Of a stretch of 64,000 bases of DNA, positions 30,096 to 39,644 are shown piece by piece (positions within the stretch are counted from its first letter, which is position 1; each line of letters begins with the position of its first letter). The notes beneath the pieces are model-generated. The model had not been told where the DNA came from and did no database searches. It worked only from the letters and a program-made list of their open reading frames with translations. The translations under genes and the position numbers were made by a program. Origin of the DNA: an uncultured Candidatus Binatia bacterium (lineage in GTDB: Bacteria > Desulfobacterota > Binatia > UBA9968 > JAJDTQ01); NCBI GenBank assembly GCA_964291295.2, contig OZ219754.1:1952001-2016000 (forward strand). Reading direction: 5' to 3'.

Positions 30096-31640
30096 TTACT
30101 CGGTGATGGTCATCTCCCAAGTGCGGATCCTCTCGTCGGAACGGGGCTGCCACTCGATATTGCTGGCGGTGCCGTAGATGTCCGCGAGATTCCACAGCGG
30201 CACCCACGGGGAATCCTCCTTCAGGATCCGGCCCGCCTGGTGCAGCAGCTTCGCCCGTTTCTCGGGATCGGCTTCCGCCATTTCCGCTTCGATGATCCTG
30301 TCGAGTTCGGGGTTGCTGTAGGCGATCCGGGGGCTTGAGCCGGTCTTGAAGTACTGCTCGATGTGTGTGTGGACGTCGATGACACCGCCCCGGCCGATGT
30401 AGTAGAAGGGCATCTTGCCGCCGTTGACCCCGGACTTGCCCCAGAATACCACCCACTCCTGGGTGATGATCTCGACGTCGAACCCGCCCTTCTTCATCTG
30501 GGCTGCGATGGCCTGCACCACCTCGGTGTCCTTGGGGTACCGTCCCGCCGAGTAGTAGAGCTTCACGGACACGCCGTCCGGGTAGCCGGCCTTGGCCAGC
30601 AGTTCGCGGGACTTCTCCGGGTCGTAGGGGTAGCGTTCGGCATTGGGGTCATGGCCGATGTACTGCGCCCCGCCCGCCCCTTCGACCACGAAGCCGGCCC
30701 CGTCGAAGATGTTCTCGACGATGGAGTAGGCGTCCACGGAGTAGTTGGCGGCCTGCCGCACGAGCTTGTTGTCCCAAGGCTTGAACCCGGGGTTGATGGC
30801 CAGGAAGTAGATGCGCGACCCTGGCACCGCCTTGATGCTGAGCCTGGGGTTCCGCTTCAGGCGTTCCACCTCGTGGGCCGGCACGGCGTTGATCACGTTC
30901 ACCTGCCCGGACTCCAGGGCCGCGACCCTTGCGGCCTCTTCCGTCACCTTGCGCCATACCAAGGTCTTGATCTGCGGTTTCGGGGAACCCCAGTAGTCGT
31001 CGTTGCGCTCCAGCACCAGGTCGCCGTCGCGCTTGAAGCTCACGAACTTGTACGGCCCGGTGCCGGTGGGATGCTTGTCCACGTCCTTGCCGTGCTTGTC
31101 GGCGGCCGCCTTGCTCATGATGAAGCGGCTCTGGAGGCTGTCGAGAAGCACGATGTTGGGTTTCCGGGTCACCAGGACGAAGGTGTGGTCGTCGATGACC
31201 CGCGTCTCCGTCACGTCGCGCAGTTGCCTCCGCTGGAGGCTCTTCTTGTCCGTCTTGATGCGGTTGAACGAGAACGCCACGTCGTGCGCGGTAAGGGGCG
31301 AGCCGTCGTGAAATCTGATGCCCTTCTTCAGCCTGAAGACCCACTCCTTGCCCTTGAACTCCCAAGACTCGGCGAGCTTGGGGACATACGTGCTGGTCTT
31401 CTGATCCACCTCCACCAGCGGCTCCAGGATGTGCTCCCAGATGCCGTAGGCCGGGCTCAGGCTGTGGTTGTAGGGATGGAGAGAATCGATGCTGCCGGCG
31501 TGGTAGATCACCACCTTGTCCTTGGAGGCGGCCACGGCGAATCCTGACGCGAGAACGCCCAAGGTGAACGCGAGTCCTGCCATCAAGGTCCAGGCCTGTC
31601 GCCACCGTCTGCCGTGAATACCTGTCTCGAGCTTGATCAT
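30096..31640 (-). CDS. ABC transporter substrate-binding protein, family 5, paralog of 28268..29809
   Basis: LAESW, FHDGSPLTAHDV and GTGPY; hydrophobic signal ending AVA-AS; RBS GAAAGGGG before ATG 31640. Confidence 0.9.
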   Translation of the reverse strand: MIKLETGIHGRRWRQAWTLMAGLAFTLGVLASGFAVAASKDKVVIYHAGSIDSLHPYNHSLSPAYGIWEHILEPLVEVDQKTSTYVPKLAESWEFKGKEWVFRLKKGIRFHDGSPLTAHDVAFSFNRIKTDKKSLQRRQLRDVTETRVIDDHTFVLVTRKPNIVLLDSLQSRFIMSKAAADKHGKDVDKHPTGTGPYKFVSFKRDGDLVLERNDDYWGSPKPQIKTLVWRKVTEEAARVAALESGQVNVINAVPAHEVERLKRNPRLSIKAVPGSRIYFLAINPGFKPWDNKLVRQAANYSVDAYSIVENIFDGAGFVVEGAGGAQYIGHDPNAERYPYDPEKSRELLAKAGYPDGVSVKLYYSAGRYPKDTEVVQAIAAQMKKGGFDVEIITQEWVVFWGKSGVNGGKMPFYYIGRGGVIDVHTHIEQYFKTGSSPRIAYSNPELDRIIEAEMAEADPEKRAKLLHQAGRILKEDSPWVPLWNLADIYGTASNIEWQPRSDERIRTWEMTITE

Positions 31641-31776
31641 GCGGTTCCCCTTTCGGATGCGGTTCCGGCCGGTGCCGTACCCCGATACGTAACCGCGATA
31701 CATAGGTAATAGTCGCGTCGAAAGTCAACCCTGGAGAAGGGCGGCCCTGAACGGTCTGCAGGACGGCGTCCGACAT

Positions 31777-31806
31777 CCCTCCTCCGGAACCGGGTCCGGA
31801 GGAGGG
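31777..31806. repeat. 12-bp-stem inverted repeat in divergent intergenic region
   Basis: ccctcctccgga-accggg-tccggaggaggg. Confidence 0.55.
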
Positions 31807-31898
31807 CGGCGGCGTTCGCCGGATGGACGTTGCCGCGCGGGAGCTGTATGCAGGGGAGACCGCTTCCGCGCAGGCGGCATTCACCACCGGAGGTTTCC

Positions 31899-33542
31899 AT
31901 GGCCGGCAATCGTCCGCTCTGTCCCGACACGGCGTTCTTCAACGGAACGGTCCACACGTTCGCACCCGGAGTCCCGCCGGTCCAGGCCGTGGCCTGCGCC
32001 GGCGGACGCATCGCGGCGGCGGGGGCCTCGGACGAGGTGCTGCGGTTGTGCGGCGCCGATACACGGGAGGTGGACCTCGAGGGACGCACGGTGGTCCCGG
32101 GATTGATCGACGCCCACGTCCATCTGGCGGACAAGGGACTGGCGGAGCGGGAACTCGTGGATTGCCGGGACTTCTACGGGCCGGTGGCCAGCATCGATGC
32201 CGTCCTCACGCTGCTGTCGAGAAAGGCCGCGGCGACACCCGCGGGCAACTGGGTGGTGGCGCAGGGGAGCCCCATGCAGGATTTCCGCATGGCGGACAAG
32301 CGCTTCCCGGACCGGAACGACCTGGACACCGCGGTTCCCGAACACCCGGTCGCCATCGCCTTCGGCGCCCACGTCACCGTGGCCAACAGCCGGGCGCTGG
32401 CGCTGGCGGGCATCGACCGGAACCGGGCGGACCCTGCCGGCGGCACCATCGAGCGGAACCCCGCCACCGGCGAGCCCACCGGCATCCTCCACGAACGGGC
32501 TCAGCACATGGTGTCCGGGGTGACTCCGGACTTCGACGCGGCCCAGCGAAAGCAGGGCATCGCCTACGCCGTGCGGCAATGCCTCGAACGAGGCGTGACC
32601 GGCATTCACGACATCGTCAAGGACCCGGCCGCGGTGCGCGCGTATCAGGAGCTCAAGGCAGAGGGCGGCCTGCACATTCGGTCCAGCCTGTTGCTGCGCA
32701 TCATCGAGTCCGAAATGAGCACCGACAGCGTGCTGACAACGGGCCTGCAAACCGGTTTCGGCGACGAATGGCTGCGGGTGGGCGGCGTGAAGATGAGCAT
32801 CGACGGCGGCATCACCGGCCGCAACGCCCTCTTCCACGATCCCTACCTCGACGCCCCGGACTACCACGGCCTCATCCGCATCCAGCAGGACGAACTGGAC
32901 GAGACCGTGCTCCGGTGCCACGAGGCCGGCATGAGGTGCTGCGTGCACGCCATCGGCGACCGCGCCTTCGACATGGCGCTGGAGGCCTACGAGAAGGCGT
33001 TGAAGGCATTGCCCCGGGCCGACCACCGCCACCGCATCGAGCACATGGGCAACTGGCTGATGTCGCCCGAGCGCATCGGGAAGCTGGTGCGCATGGGTAT
33101 CGTGGCCATTCCCAACATTTCGCTGGGCTATTTTGTCGGCGACTCCATCCGCGCGGCCATCGGTGCCGGGCGCCTGGTGCGGGCGTTCCCGCTGAAGACC
33201 CTGCTGGAGGCGGGCGTGAAGATGGCCGGCGGCTCCGACGCGCCGGGGTACTGGCCGGTGGATCCGCTGCGCGACATCGGCGCCTATGTCTCGCGCCGAA
33301 TGCTGTGGGGCGAGACCCTGGCACCGGAGGAGGCGTTGAGCGTGCGCCAGGCCTTCGAGCTGCACACCACCCATGCCGCCTACGCCGGCTTCGAGGAGGA
33401 CCGCAAGGGGACCCTGGAGGTGGGCAAGCTCGCGGACATGGCGGTGCTGGCGGAGGACCCCTTCGAAGTGCCGGCGGAACGGATCAAGGCGTTGAAGGTG
33501 GAGATGACCGTGGTGGGGGGCGCAGTCAAGTACCAAGCCTGA
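31899..33542 (+). CDS. Amidohydrolase_3 (YtcJ/NfdA-like), second copy
   Basis: PGLIDAHVH, KMSIDG, VHAIGD, RIEH, GSDAP and GKLADMAVL; RBS GGAGG before ATG 31899. Confidence 0.88.
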   Translation: MAGNRPLCPDTAFFNGTVHTFAPGVPPVQAVACAGGRIAAAGASDEVLRLCGADTREVDLEGRTVVPGLIDAHVHLADKGLAERELVDCRDFYGPVASIDAVLTLLSRKAAATPAGNWVVAQGSPMQDFRMADKRFPDRNDLDTAVPEHPVAIAFGAHVTVANSRALALAGIDRNRADPAGGTIERNPATGEPTGILHERAQHMVSGVTPDFDAAQRKQGIAYAVRQCLERGVTGIHDIVKDPAAVRAYQELKAEGGLHIRSSLLLRIIESEMSTDSVLTTGLQTGFGDEWLRVGGVKMSIDGGITGRNALFHDPYLDAPDYHGLIRIQQDELDETVLRCHEAGMRCCVHAIGDRAFDMALEAYEKALKALPRADHRHRIEHMGNWLMSPERIGKLVRMGIVAIPNISLGYFVGDSIRAAIGAGRLVRAFPLKTLLEAGVKMAGGSDAPGYWPVDPLRDIGAYVSRRMLWGETLAPEEALSVRQAFELHTTHAAYAGFEEDRKGTLEVGKLADMAVLAEDPFEVPAERIKALKVEMTVVGGAVKYQA

Positions 33543-33606
33543 GGCCCCGGCCCCGTGGCGCGGGTACGGTCGGGTTCCAGGCGCACCGCGGTTCGCCGCG
33601 CGCCCT

Positions 33607-36036
33607 CTACGGCTCGTGGCGACGCTGCGCCGCCGCCGGCCCTTGCCGGTCCAGGCGGACCTCGGTCTCCCCCGCCGGAAGCTTGTGCGGGGCCCCTTGG
33701 ACCACCACCTCCAGATCGGCCTCCGAGTCGCGCTCCCGCGCAATGCGCACGCGTTCGTGCGTGAGGTCCAGCTTCAGCCTCCGCCCGCGGAATACCATGG
33801 TCAGCCGCAGGTGCGGCAACTCGTCGGGAAGGCAGGGGTCCAGGCTCAGGGTCTCGCCCATGGTGCCGATGCCGGCATAGCGGGTCAACAGGACATCGTC
33901 GAGGCCGCCCATGGCGCCGGTGTGGATACCCTCGGGGGTGGTGCCTCCCTGGATGTCGGCAACGTCGCTCTGCAGCGCCTCCCTGAACCAGGCCCACGAG
34001 GCGGCGGGGTCGGAGCGCGCCGAGACCGCGGCGTGCACCACACGGCTCAGGGTCGAGCCGTGGGAGGTGCGGGCGGTGTAGTAGTCCACGGTCCTGCGGA
34101 TGGTCTCGTGGTCGAGCGGGTATCCGAGCCGGCGGAAAATGCCCTGCACCTCGTCGGTCCGCAACAGGTAGAACAGCATCAGCACATCCGCCTGCTTCGA
34201 GGCCTTGTAGCGGTTGGTGGAGTCGCCTTCGGCCTCGAGGATGCGGTCGAGCCTCTCGATATTGCCGTATCGCTTCCGGTAGCCGGTCCAGTCGAACTCT
34301 TCCAGCGCCTCGTATCCCTCGAACTGGCTGATGACCCCGCCGGCGTGGAACGCCACGGTCATGTGGCGGGTCATGTCGCGCCACCGGCGCTCCTCTTCCG
34401 GGCCGAGGCCGATCTTTTCGGCGAGTTCGGAGCTCCGTTCCTCATCCAGCAGCGCCCGCACCTCGAAGGCGCGTTCCAGCAGCCACACCACCATGACGTT
34501 GGTGTAGGCGTTGTTGCGCAGGCCGCCGCCGGCGGCGCCGGGGTACCTGTCGTGGTACTCGTCCGGCCCCATGACGCCGTGAATCTCGTAGCGCCCGGTG
34601 TCTTCGTTCCACTGCGCCAGGCTGACCCAGAAGCGTGCGATCTCCAGTATCATCTCGGCGCCGTAACGGGACAGGAACTCCCGGTCTCCGGTGGTTCCGC
34701 AGTAGCGCCAGACATTGTAGGCGATGGCGATGTTGACGTGCCGCTGGCGGTGGCTGTTGTCTTCCAGCCAGCGTCCGGAGTTGGGGTTCAGGTGCAGCTT
34801 CTGGGTTTCCTCGGTGCCGTCGCTGCCGCTCTGCCAGGGGTACATGGCCCCGGCGCAGCCCGCTTCCCGTGCGGCCCGGCGCGCGGCATCCAGCCGGCGG
34901 TAGCGGTACAGCAGCAGGGAGCGTGCGACCTCCGGAACCCGCACCATGTAGAAGAACAGGAAATACAGTTCGTCCCAGAAGATGTGGCCGCGATAGGCTT
35001 CGCCGTGGAGCCCCCGGGCGGCCACCCCGGCGTCGAGATCCACCGAGTGGGGGGAGGCGGTCTGCAGCAGGTGGAAGGCGTGCAGGCGCAGGATCCTCTC
35101 CTCCGCCGGCCGCGACGGCAGCTCCACGTGGCAGCGGCGCCACAGGGAACGCCAGGCGCCGGCATGGGACGCCAGCGACTCCACGAACGACCCGGCCCCG
35201 GCCACCGCCGCGCGGGCGGCATGGGCGCATTCCGAGATGGCGTGGTCCCGGGAGGTGTACAGGGCCACGGTCTTCTCTACCGCGACGACCTGTTTCTCCC
35301 TCACCGGGACGGCGACCTCCCACGCCATCGCTTCGGGTTCCTCCACGGTCCGGGCAGGAATCTCCTCGTGCCCGTTCTTGCGGAAGAGCCGCGTGCGGGC
35401 CGCCAGCGCCAGGTGGATATGCGACTGGCGGGTCCGGAGCACCAGATACAGGTTGTCCTGGCCCGCCCGCCCCTTCTCCAGGTTCTCCAGGTGTTTGGAG
35501 TTGAGTTGACGATAGCGTGCGACGCCGGCGTTGACGACTGTGCCGTCCAGGGCCGAACGGATGGTCACGCGGCCGAACCAGTCCTCCGCCAGGAGCGTCC
35601 ACCGCAGGACCGCCAGGTGGGGCTGGTCCATGTGCACGAGGCGGCGGCTGCGAATGAAGCTGGTCCGGCCCTCGGGGTCGCGGAAACGGATGCCGCGCGT
35701 AAGCAGGCCATTCCTGAGGTCGAGCTGCTGCCGGTATGCCAGAATCTCCACTGTCGAGAGGTCGAACCACGGGCCGTCCTCCACGCGAAACCGGAGACAG
35801 AGCCAGTTGGGCAGGTTGACGAGATCTTCGTTGACCACCACGCGGTCGCCGATGCGGGTCTCCAGCCGGTTGTAGCAGCCGGCCAGGTAGGTCCCGGGGT
35901 AGTGCACGTCGTCGGCCGCCGCCTCCTCCGCCGCGCCGCGGGTGGCGAAGTAGCCGTTGCCGAGGGTGTACAGGGCTTCACGCAGGCCCTGGGTGGCCGG
36001 GTCGAAGCCGTCATGGCGAAAAATCCAGCGGCTCAT
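33607..36036 (-). CDS. Glycoside hydrolase family 65 (trehalose/maltose/kojibiose phosphorylase-like)
   Basis: EALYTLGNGYFATRG, ARGLHGEAYRGHIFWDE, GPDEYH (general acid), KQADVLML and HGSTLS; true start MSRWIF overlaps the stop of the upstream gene (ATGA). Confidence 0.9.
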   Translation of the reverse strand: MSRWIFRHDGFDPATQGLREALYTLGNGYFATRGAAEEAAADDVHYPGTYLAGCYNRLETRIGDRVVVNEDLVNLPNWLCLRFRVEDGPWFDLSTVEILAYRQQLDLRNGLLTRGIRFRDPEGRTSFIRSRRLVHMDQPHLAVLRWTLLAEDWFGRVTIRSALDGTVVNAGVARYRQLNSKHLENLEKGRAGQDNLYLVLRTRQSHIHLALAARTRLFRKNGHEEIPARTVEEPEAMAWEVAVPVREKQVVAVEKTVALYTSRDHAISECAHAARAAVAGAGSFVESLASHAGAWRSLWRRCHVELPSRPAEERILRLHAFHLLQTASPHSVDLDAGVAARGLHGEAYRGHIFWDELYFLFFYMVRVPEVARSLLLYRYRRLDAARRAAREAGCAGAMYPWQSGSDGTEETQKLHLNPNSGRWLEDNSHRQRHVNIAIAYNVWRYCGTTGDREFLSRYGAEMILEIARFWVSLAQWNEDTGRYEIHGVMGPDEYHDRYPGAAGGGLRNNAYTNVMVVWLLERAFEVRALLDEERSSELAEKIGLGPEEERRWRDMTRHMTVAFHAGGVISQFEGYEALEEFDWTGYRKRYGNIERLDRILEAEGDSTNRYKASKQADVLMLFYLLRTDEVQGIFRRLGYPLDHETIRRTVDYYTARTSHGSTLSRVVHAAVSARSDPAASWAWFREALQSDVADIQGGTTPEGIHTGAMGGLDDVLLTRYAGIGTMGETLSLDPCLPDELPHLRLTMVFRGRRLKLDLTHERVRIARERDSEADLEVVVQGAPHKLPAGETEVRLDRQGPAAAQRRHEP

Positions 36037-37172
36037 GGTCCGTTCCGGTTCTGACCAATGCCGGCCCGGAGGGTGTGGCGGGCCACGATGCGCCGTGCCG
36101 CGGTCCGCTGGTTGCCCACGCTGTCCCGCAGCCGGGTCGCTTGGTCCACCACCTCCAGCACGGCCACGTCGGCCTCCCGCCCGACTTCGAGGACGCCGAG
36201 GCGGTGGTGGCGGCCGACGGCCCTGGCGGCGTTGAGAGTGCAGTCGGCGATGATCTCGTCCAGGTCGAGTCCCAGCATCAGGAACTTGGTCAGGGTGGTG
36301 GGCAGGTCCACCACGGGGCCGTTGCCGCTCATCCTGTGGAGATCGGTGCTGATGATGTCGGGGCGGAGCCCCTGGTCCATGGCCCGGGCCACGAGATCGA
36401 AGTCGAAGTGTCCGTTGGCGTGGGCCACGTCGAAGATCACCCCGCGCCGCTGTGCCTCCAGGACGGCCGGGCGGAGCCGGCCCTCGGGGTCCACGATGGC
36501 CGGCTGTTTCGGCGTGTAGCAGTGGGTCACGATGTCGCCCGGCCGCAGCGTCTCGACGATCTCTTCCATGGAGAGGCCGGTGTCGCCCACGTGCACCATG
36601 ACCGGCGCGCCGCAGGCGTCTCCGGCCTGCAGCGCCATCGCCAAGGCCTCCCGGCCGTTCCGCCCCACCGACTTGAGGTGCAGCCGGACCTTGATGCCCA
36701 CCGCCACATCGGGGTTGTCCCGCACCGTGCGGGCGGCGCCCTCGGGGTCGGCGAAAGCGATGTTCTCGAGCTCTCCGGGGAGGTGCAGCACCCCGTGCTG
36801 CGCCACCGCCACGAAAGCGAGCATTCGGGTGCGGGAGCGTTCGTACACCAGGTGCCGGAACCCTGCGAAGTTCACGGGGCCGGCCGAACCCGCGTCCGCA
36901 GTGGTGGTGACGCCGGTGGCACCGCACAGGGTGTCGAGGTCGGCGCCGTAAGGGTTGACCCCCCAGTAGCTGTGGACGTGGAAGTCGATGAGGCCCGGGG
37001 TCACGACGCAGCCGCCGGCGTCGAGCACCTGCCCGGCGCCGTCCCGCGGCAGACCTTGCTCCATGGCGGCGATGCGGCCCCCGGCGATGCCGACGTCCAG
37101 TTCCCGCCGCGTCCCCGCACCCGGATGGATCACCGTTCCGTTGACCAGCAGCAGGTCGAATGGGCCGCTCAA
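36033..37172 (-). CDS. Dihydroorotase-like amidohydrolase/deacetylase
   Basis: PGLIDFHVH, DAGSAG, GIKVR (carboxylated Lys), MVH, GDIVTH and ISTDLH; TTG start with GAGGAG RBS. Confidence 0.8.
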   Translation of the reverse strand: MSGPFDLLLVNGTVIHPGAGTRRELDVGIAGGRIAAMEQGLPRDGAGQVLDAGGCVVTPGLIDFHVHSYWGVNPYGADLDTLCGATGVTTTADAGSAGPVNFAGFRHLVYERSRTRMLAFVAVAQHGVLHLPGELENIAFADPEGAARTVRDNPDVAVGIKVRLHLKSVGRNGREALAMALQAGDACGAPVMVHVGDTGLSMEEIVETLRPGDIVTHCYTPKQPAIVDPEGRLRPAVLEAQRRGVIFDVAHANGHFDFDLVARAMDQGLRPDIISTDLHRMSGNGPVVDLPTTLTKFLMLGLDLDEIIADCTLNAARAVGRHHRLGVLEVGREADVAVLEVVDQATRLRDSVGNQRTAARRIVARHTLRAGIGQNRNGP

Positions 37173-37226
37173 GACGAGACTCCTCTCGGGCCGGACGCGG
37201 ACAGGTCCCGGTGGCCCGGCCGCGCG

Positions 37227-38258
37227 TCACGCATCCGACAGCCCGTAGAACCGCGCGGGGTTCCGGTACAGGATCTGGTCGATGACTTCGGTCGCCACTT
37301 CGCCCTTGTCCCGCAGACCCCTGAGCGCCAGCAGTTCGCTGGCGTTGTCGGCATGGCCGTAGTCGGAGCCGATCATGATCATGTCCGCGCCGGCGTGCGC
37401 GATCACGTAGGGCAGGTCGTCGTCGGTCTGGCAGGCGACGTAGAGCCGGTTGGCCCGGAGCAGAGGGTCGTCGGGCTCGACCCCGCGCTTGCGGTTCCGC
37501 AGGGTGATGTCCCGGACCACGTGCGGGATCCACTGGGCGGCCACCTCGATGGCGCCGATGCGGAGACCGGGAAACCGCTGCGGGATGCCGCGCATGATCA
37601 TGGCATGGACGGCGCCGATGACGGTGAGCTTGGCGGTGCGGAAGGGGTCGTTGCCGAAGGCATCGGCCACGGCGGCGTTGCCGATGCCGGAGTGGATGCC
37701 GATGGGCACGTCGAGCCGGGCGGCCTCCCGGTAGAGCGGAAAGAAGTACGGGTGATGGAGCGGGTGGTGCGTCTCCAGGCCGCGCATGAACACGGCGCAG
37801 GCGCCGTGTTCCCTGGCCCATCGCAGTTCGCCCAGGGCCTCGTCCATGCTCGACAGCGGCAGTTGCACGGCCCAGCGGAGCCGTCCCGCACCGGCCGCCC
37901 AGATGTCCGCGAGCCAGCGGTTGTAGGAGCGGCACAGCGCCAGTTCCACGTCGCTGCGGTCCGTGACCGGCCGCAGGAACAGGGTGGGGTAGAGCACCTG
38001 GATATCGGTGCCGATCTCGTCCATGTGCTTCAGGCGCGCATGGATATCGGCCATGTCCCTGGACTCCCTGGGGGTGTCCAGGCCGATGTTGTCACGCCCG
38101 CCGATGAGCTTGCCGTTGATGATCCAGAAGTTGCGCGTCCCCCCCTCGGGCATGTCCACGGTGATCGGCACCGGGCGAAAGCGCTTGTCGCGGCCCTCCA
38201 GATAGTCCCATGTGTGTTCCGTCTCGATGACGTGGGCGTCGGCGTCGATGGCTCGCAT
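37227..38258 (-). CDS. Amidohydrolase_2 family (decarboxylase/hydratase/hydrolase-like), DxH type
   Basis: IDADAHV, MD..G.D.QVLYPT, YNRW, PIGIH, IGAIE and GSDYGH. Confidence 0.85.
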   Translation of the reverse strand: MRAIDADAHVIETEHTWDYLEGRDKRFRPVPITVDMPEGGTRNFWIINGKLIGGRDNIGLDTPRESRDMADIHARLKHMDEIGTDIQVLYPTLFLRPVTDRSDVELALCRSYNRWLADIWAAGAGRLRWAVQLPLSSMDEALGELRWAREHGACAVFMRGLETHHPLHHPYFFPLYREAARLDVPIGIHSGIGNAAVADAFGNDPFRTAKLTVIGAVHAMIMRGIPQRFPGLRIGAIEVAAQWIPHVVRDITLRNRKRGVEPDDPLLRANRLYVACQTDDDLPYVIAHAGADMIMIGSDYGHADNASELLALRGLRDKGEVATEVIDQILYRNPARFYGLSDA

Positions 38259-38397
38259 GGTGTCCTCCAGTCAGGTTCGGAATCCCGTCGCTCCCCGAAC
38301 CGCATCTGCACGGTGGGAGAGCGCCCGCGGACGCCGGCGCCGGCCTTGTTCGGGCGGCCCGCCGGCGTCCAGGGTCGGGATGCATCTTCCATACATT

Positions 38398-38423
38398 GTC
38401 GTTCCCGCGCGTGCGGGAATCCC
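38398..38423. repeat. REP-like palindrome GTCGTTCCCGCGCGTGCGGGAATCCC
   Basis: Resembles the widespread GTCATTCCCGC-N-GCGGGAATCC palindromic repeat (similar core to Neisseria dRS3); decayed relatives near 57416-57519. Confidence 0.5.
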
Positions 38424-38451
38424 CGGGTGGCGGAAGCATCGTCCGGCGGTT

Positions 38452-39585
38452 TCAGGTTCCGGCCTGCAACTGCCTGGCGAACCAGTCCACGATGAAGCTG
38501 CGCCGGTCGAAGCGCTTCTCGTGGTGTCCCACGCCGTCCAGCAGTTCTCGCGGCGCGTTGACCGCGTTCCGGTACAGCCGGATGGCGCCGCGCGGGTCCA
38601 TGACCCGGTCGTCGTGATTGTAGCCCACCAGCAGCGGGCACTCGATCTTCTGCGCCCGGCCCGCCAGGGTGAACTCCCGGATGCGGTCCCGGGCCTGCTT
38701 GAGATCCCTGGCGCCCATGAGCCAGCGCAGCCGGTCCTGGATGGGCGGATAGTAGTCGAAGAGGTCGTCCAGCAGGTGATAGGCGCCGCTCCACACGGCC
38801 ACGGCCTTGATGCGCTCCTCCCCGGTGGCGCAACGGGGGCCGGAATATCCGCCCATGCTGGAACCGTGGAGGCCGATGCGCTCCGGGTCCACGTCCGGAC
38901 GTGTCACCAGATAGTCGATGACGGCCCTGGCCACACGTTCCGAGTCGGGCGGCGCGTAGAGTTTCTTCTCCCGCAGGGTGGCGCCGTGCCCCGGCCCGTC
39001 CACGTCGATGAAGGACATGCCGCGCCGCACGTACTGGCCGGCGTCCCCGTCGAATCCCCGCAGCAGGATGCCGTCGGCGCCGCCATAGTTGTAGACCGTG
39101 GGAAAGCGCATCCCCGGCTTGCCCCGGGCCGGGTAGAACAGCGCGTCGAGTTGGTGCCCTTCATAGGGGACCGTCACCCGCTCGAAGGGCGGCGGCACCA
39201 GGCTCCAGGCCTTGTCGAAGGTCTCCTTCAGCCGGGTGTGGCTGCACATCATGCGCGGGTCGCTGTCCGGCATGTAGACCAGCGCCCGCCGGTGGAACTC
39301 GGCCGCGCGCCGGTAGAAATCGTGGGCCGTGACGCTGCGGCCCTCTTCCTCGAATCCCGCCGCCAACGCCTCGTTCCGCTCGGCCGCGCGGGTCCATTCC
39401 GTATGCCAGCTGTCCAGGTTCCAGGGTTTGTAGCGTCGGGCCACCTCCCGCACGTCCGGGTCCGGATGCAGGAGGGGTGCCTCCATGCGCACCTCGAGCT
39501 GCCCCCCGCCGGGGAGGCCCGGCGCCGGAAACAGGCGCTTCTCAAGTTCTTCGTCGGCCAGGGGCCGGTCCGGGGATTCCTTCAT
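38452..39585 (-). CDS. Alpha/beta hydrolase, DUF1100 / 2,6-dihydroxypseudooxynicotine-hydrolase-like
   Basis: N-terminal helical cap, VPYEG, GGADG, DGPGHG, nucleophile elbow GSSMGG, D..V and C-terminal GHH. Confidence 0.8.
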   Translation of the reverse strand: MKESPDRPLADEELEKRLFPAPGLPGGGQLEVRMEAPLLHPDPDVREVARRYKPWNLDSWHTEWTRAAERNEALAAGFEEEGRSVTAHDFYRRAAEFHRRALVYMPDSDPRMMCSHTRLKETFDKAWSLVPPPFERVTVPYEGHQLDALFYPARGKPGMRFPTVYNYGGADGILLRGFDGDAGQYVRRGMSFIDVDGPGHGATLREKKLYAPPDSERVARAVIDYLVTRPDVDPERIGLHGSSMGGYSGPRCATGEERIKAVAVWSGAYHLLDDLFDYYPPIQDRLRWLMGARDLKQARDRIREFTLAGRAQKIECPLLVGYNHDDRVMDPRGAIRLYRNAVNAPRELLDGVGHHEKRFDRRSFIVDWFARQLQAGT

Positions 39586-39644
39586 GCCGTTTCTCCTGGC
39601 GTCGGCCCGGCGATGCCGGCCGGGTCTCTCGCGCTGGCCTGCGT

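Noticed and set aside
36033-37172. pyrC dihydroorotase
   Set aside because: Lacks the HLR substrate-binding motif and any pyr context.
33607-37935. 1442-aa ORF suggesting a giant GH65 fusion
   Set aside because: The first 633 codons are low-complexity off-frame read-through of two real amidohydrolase genes; GH65 starts at 36036 with an ATGA overlap.
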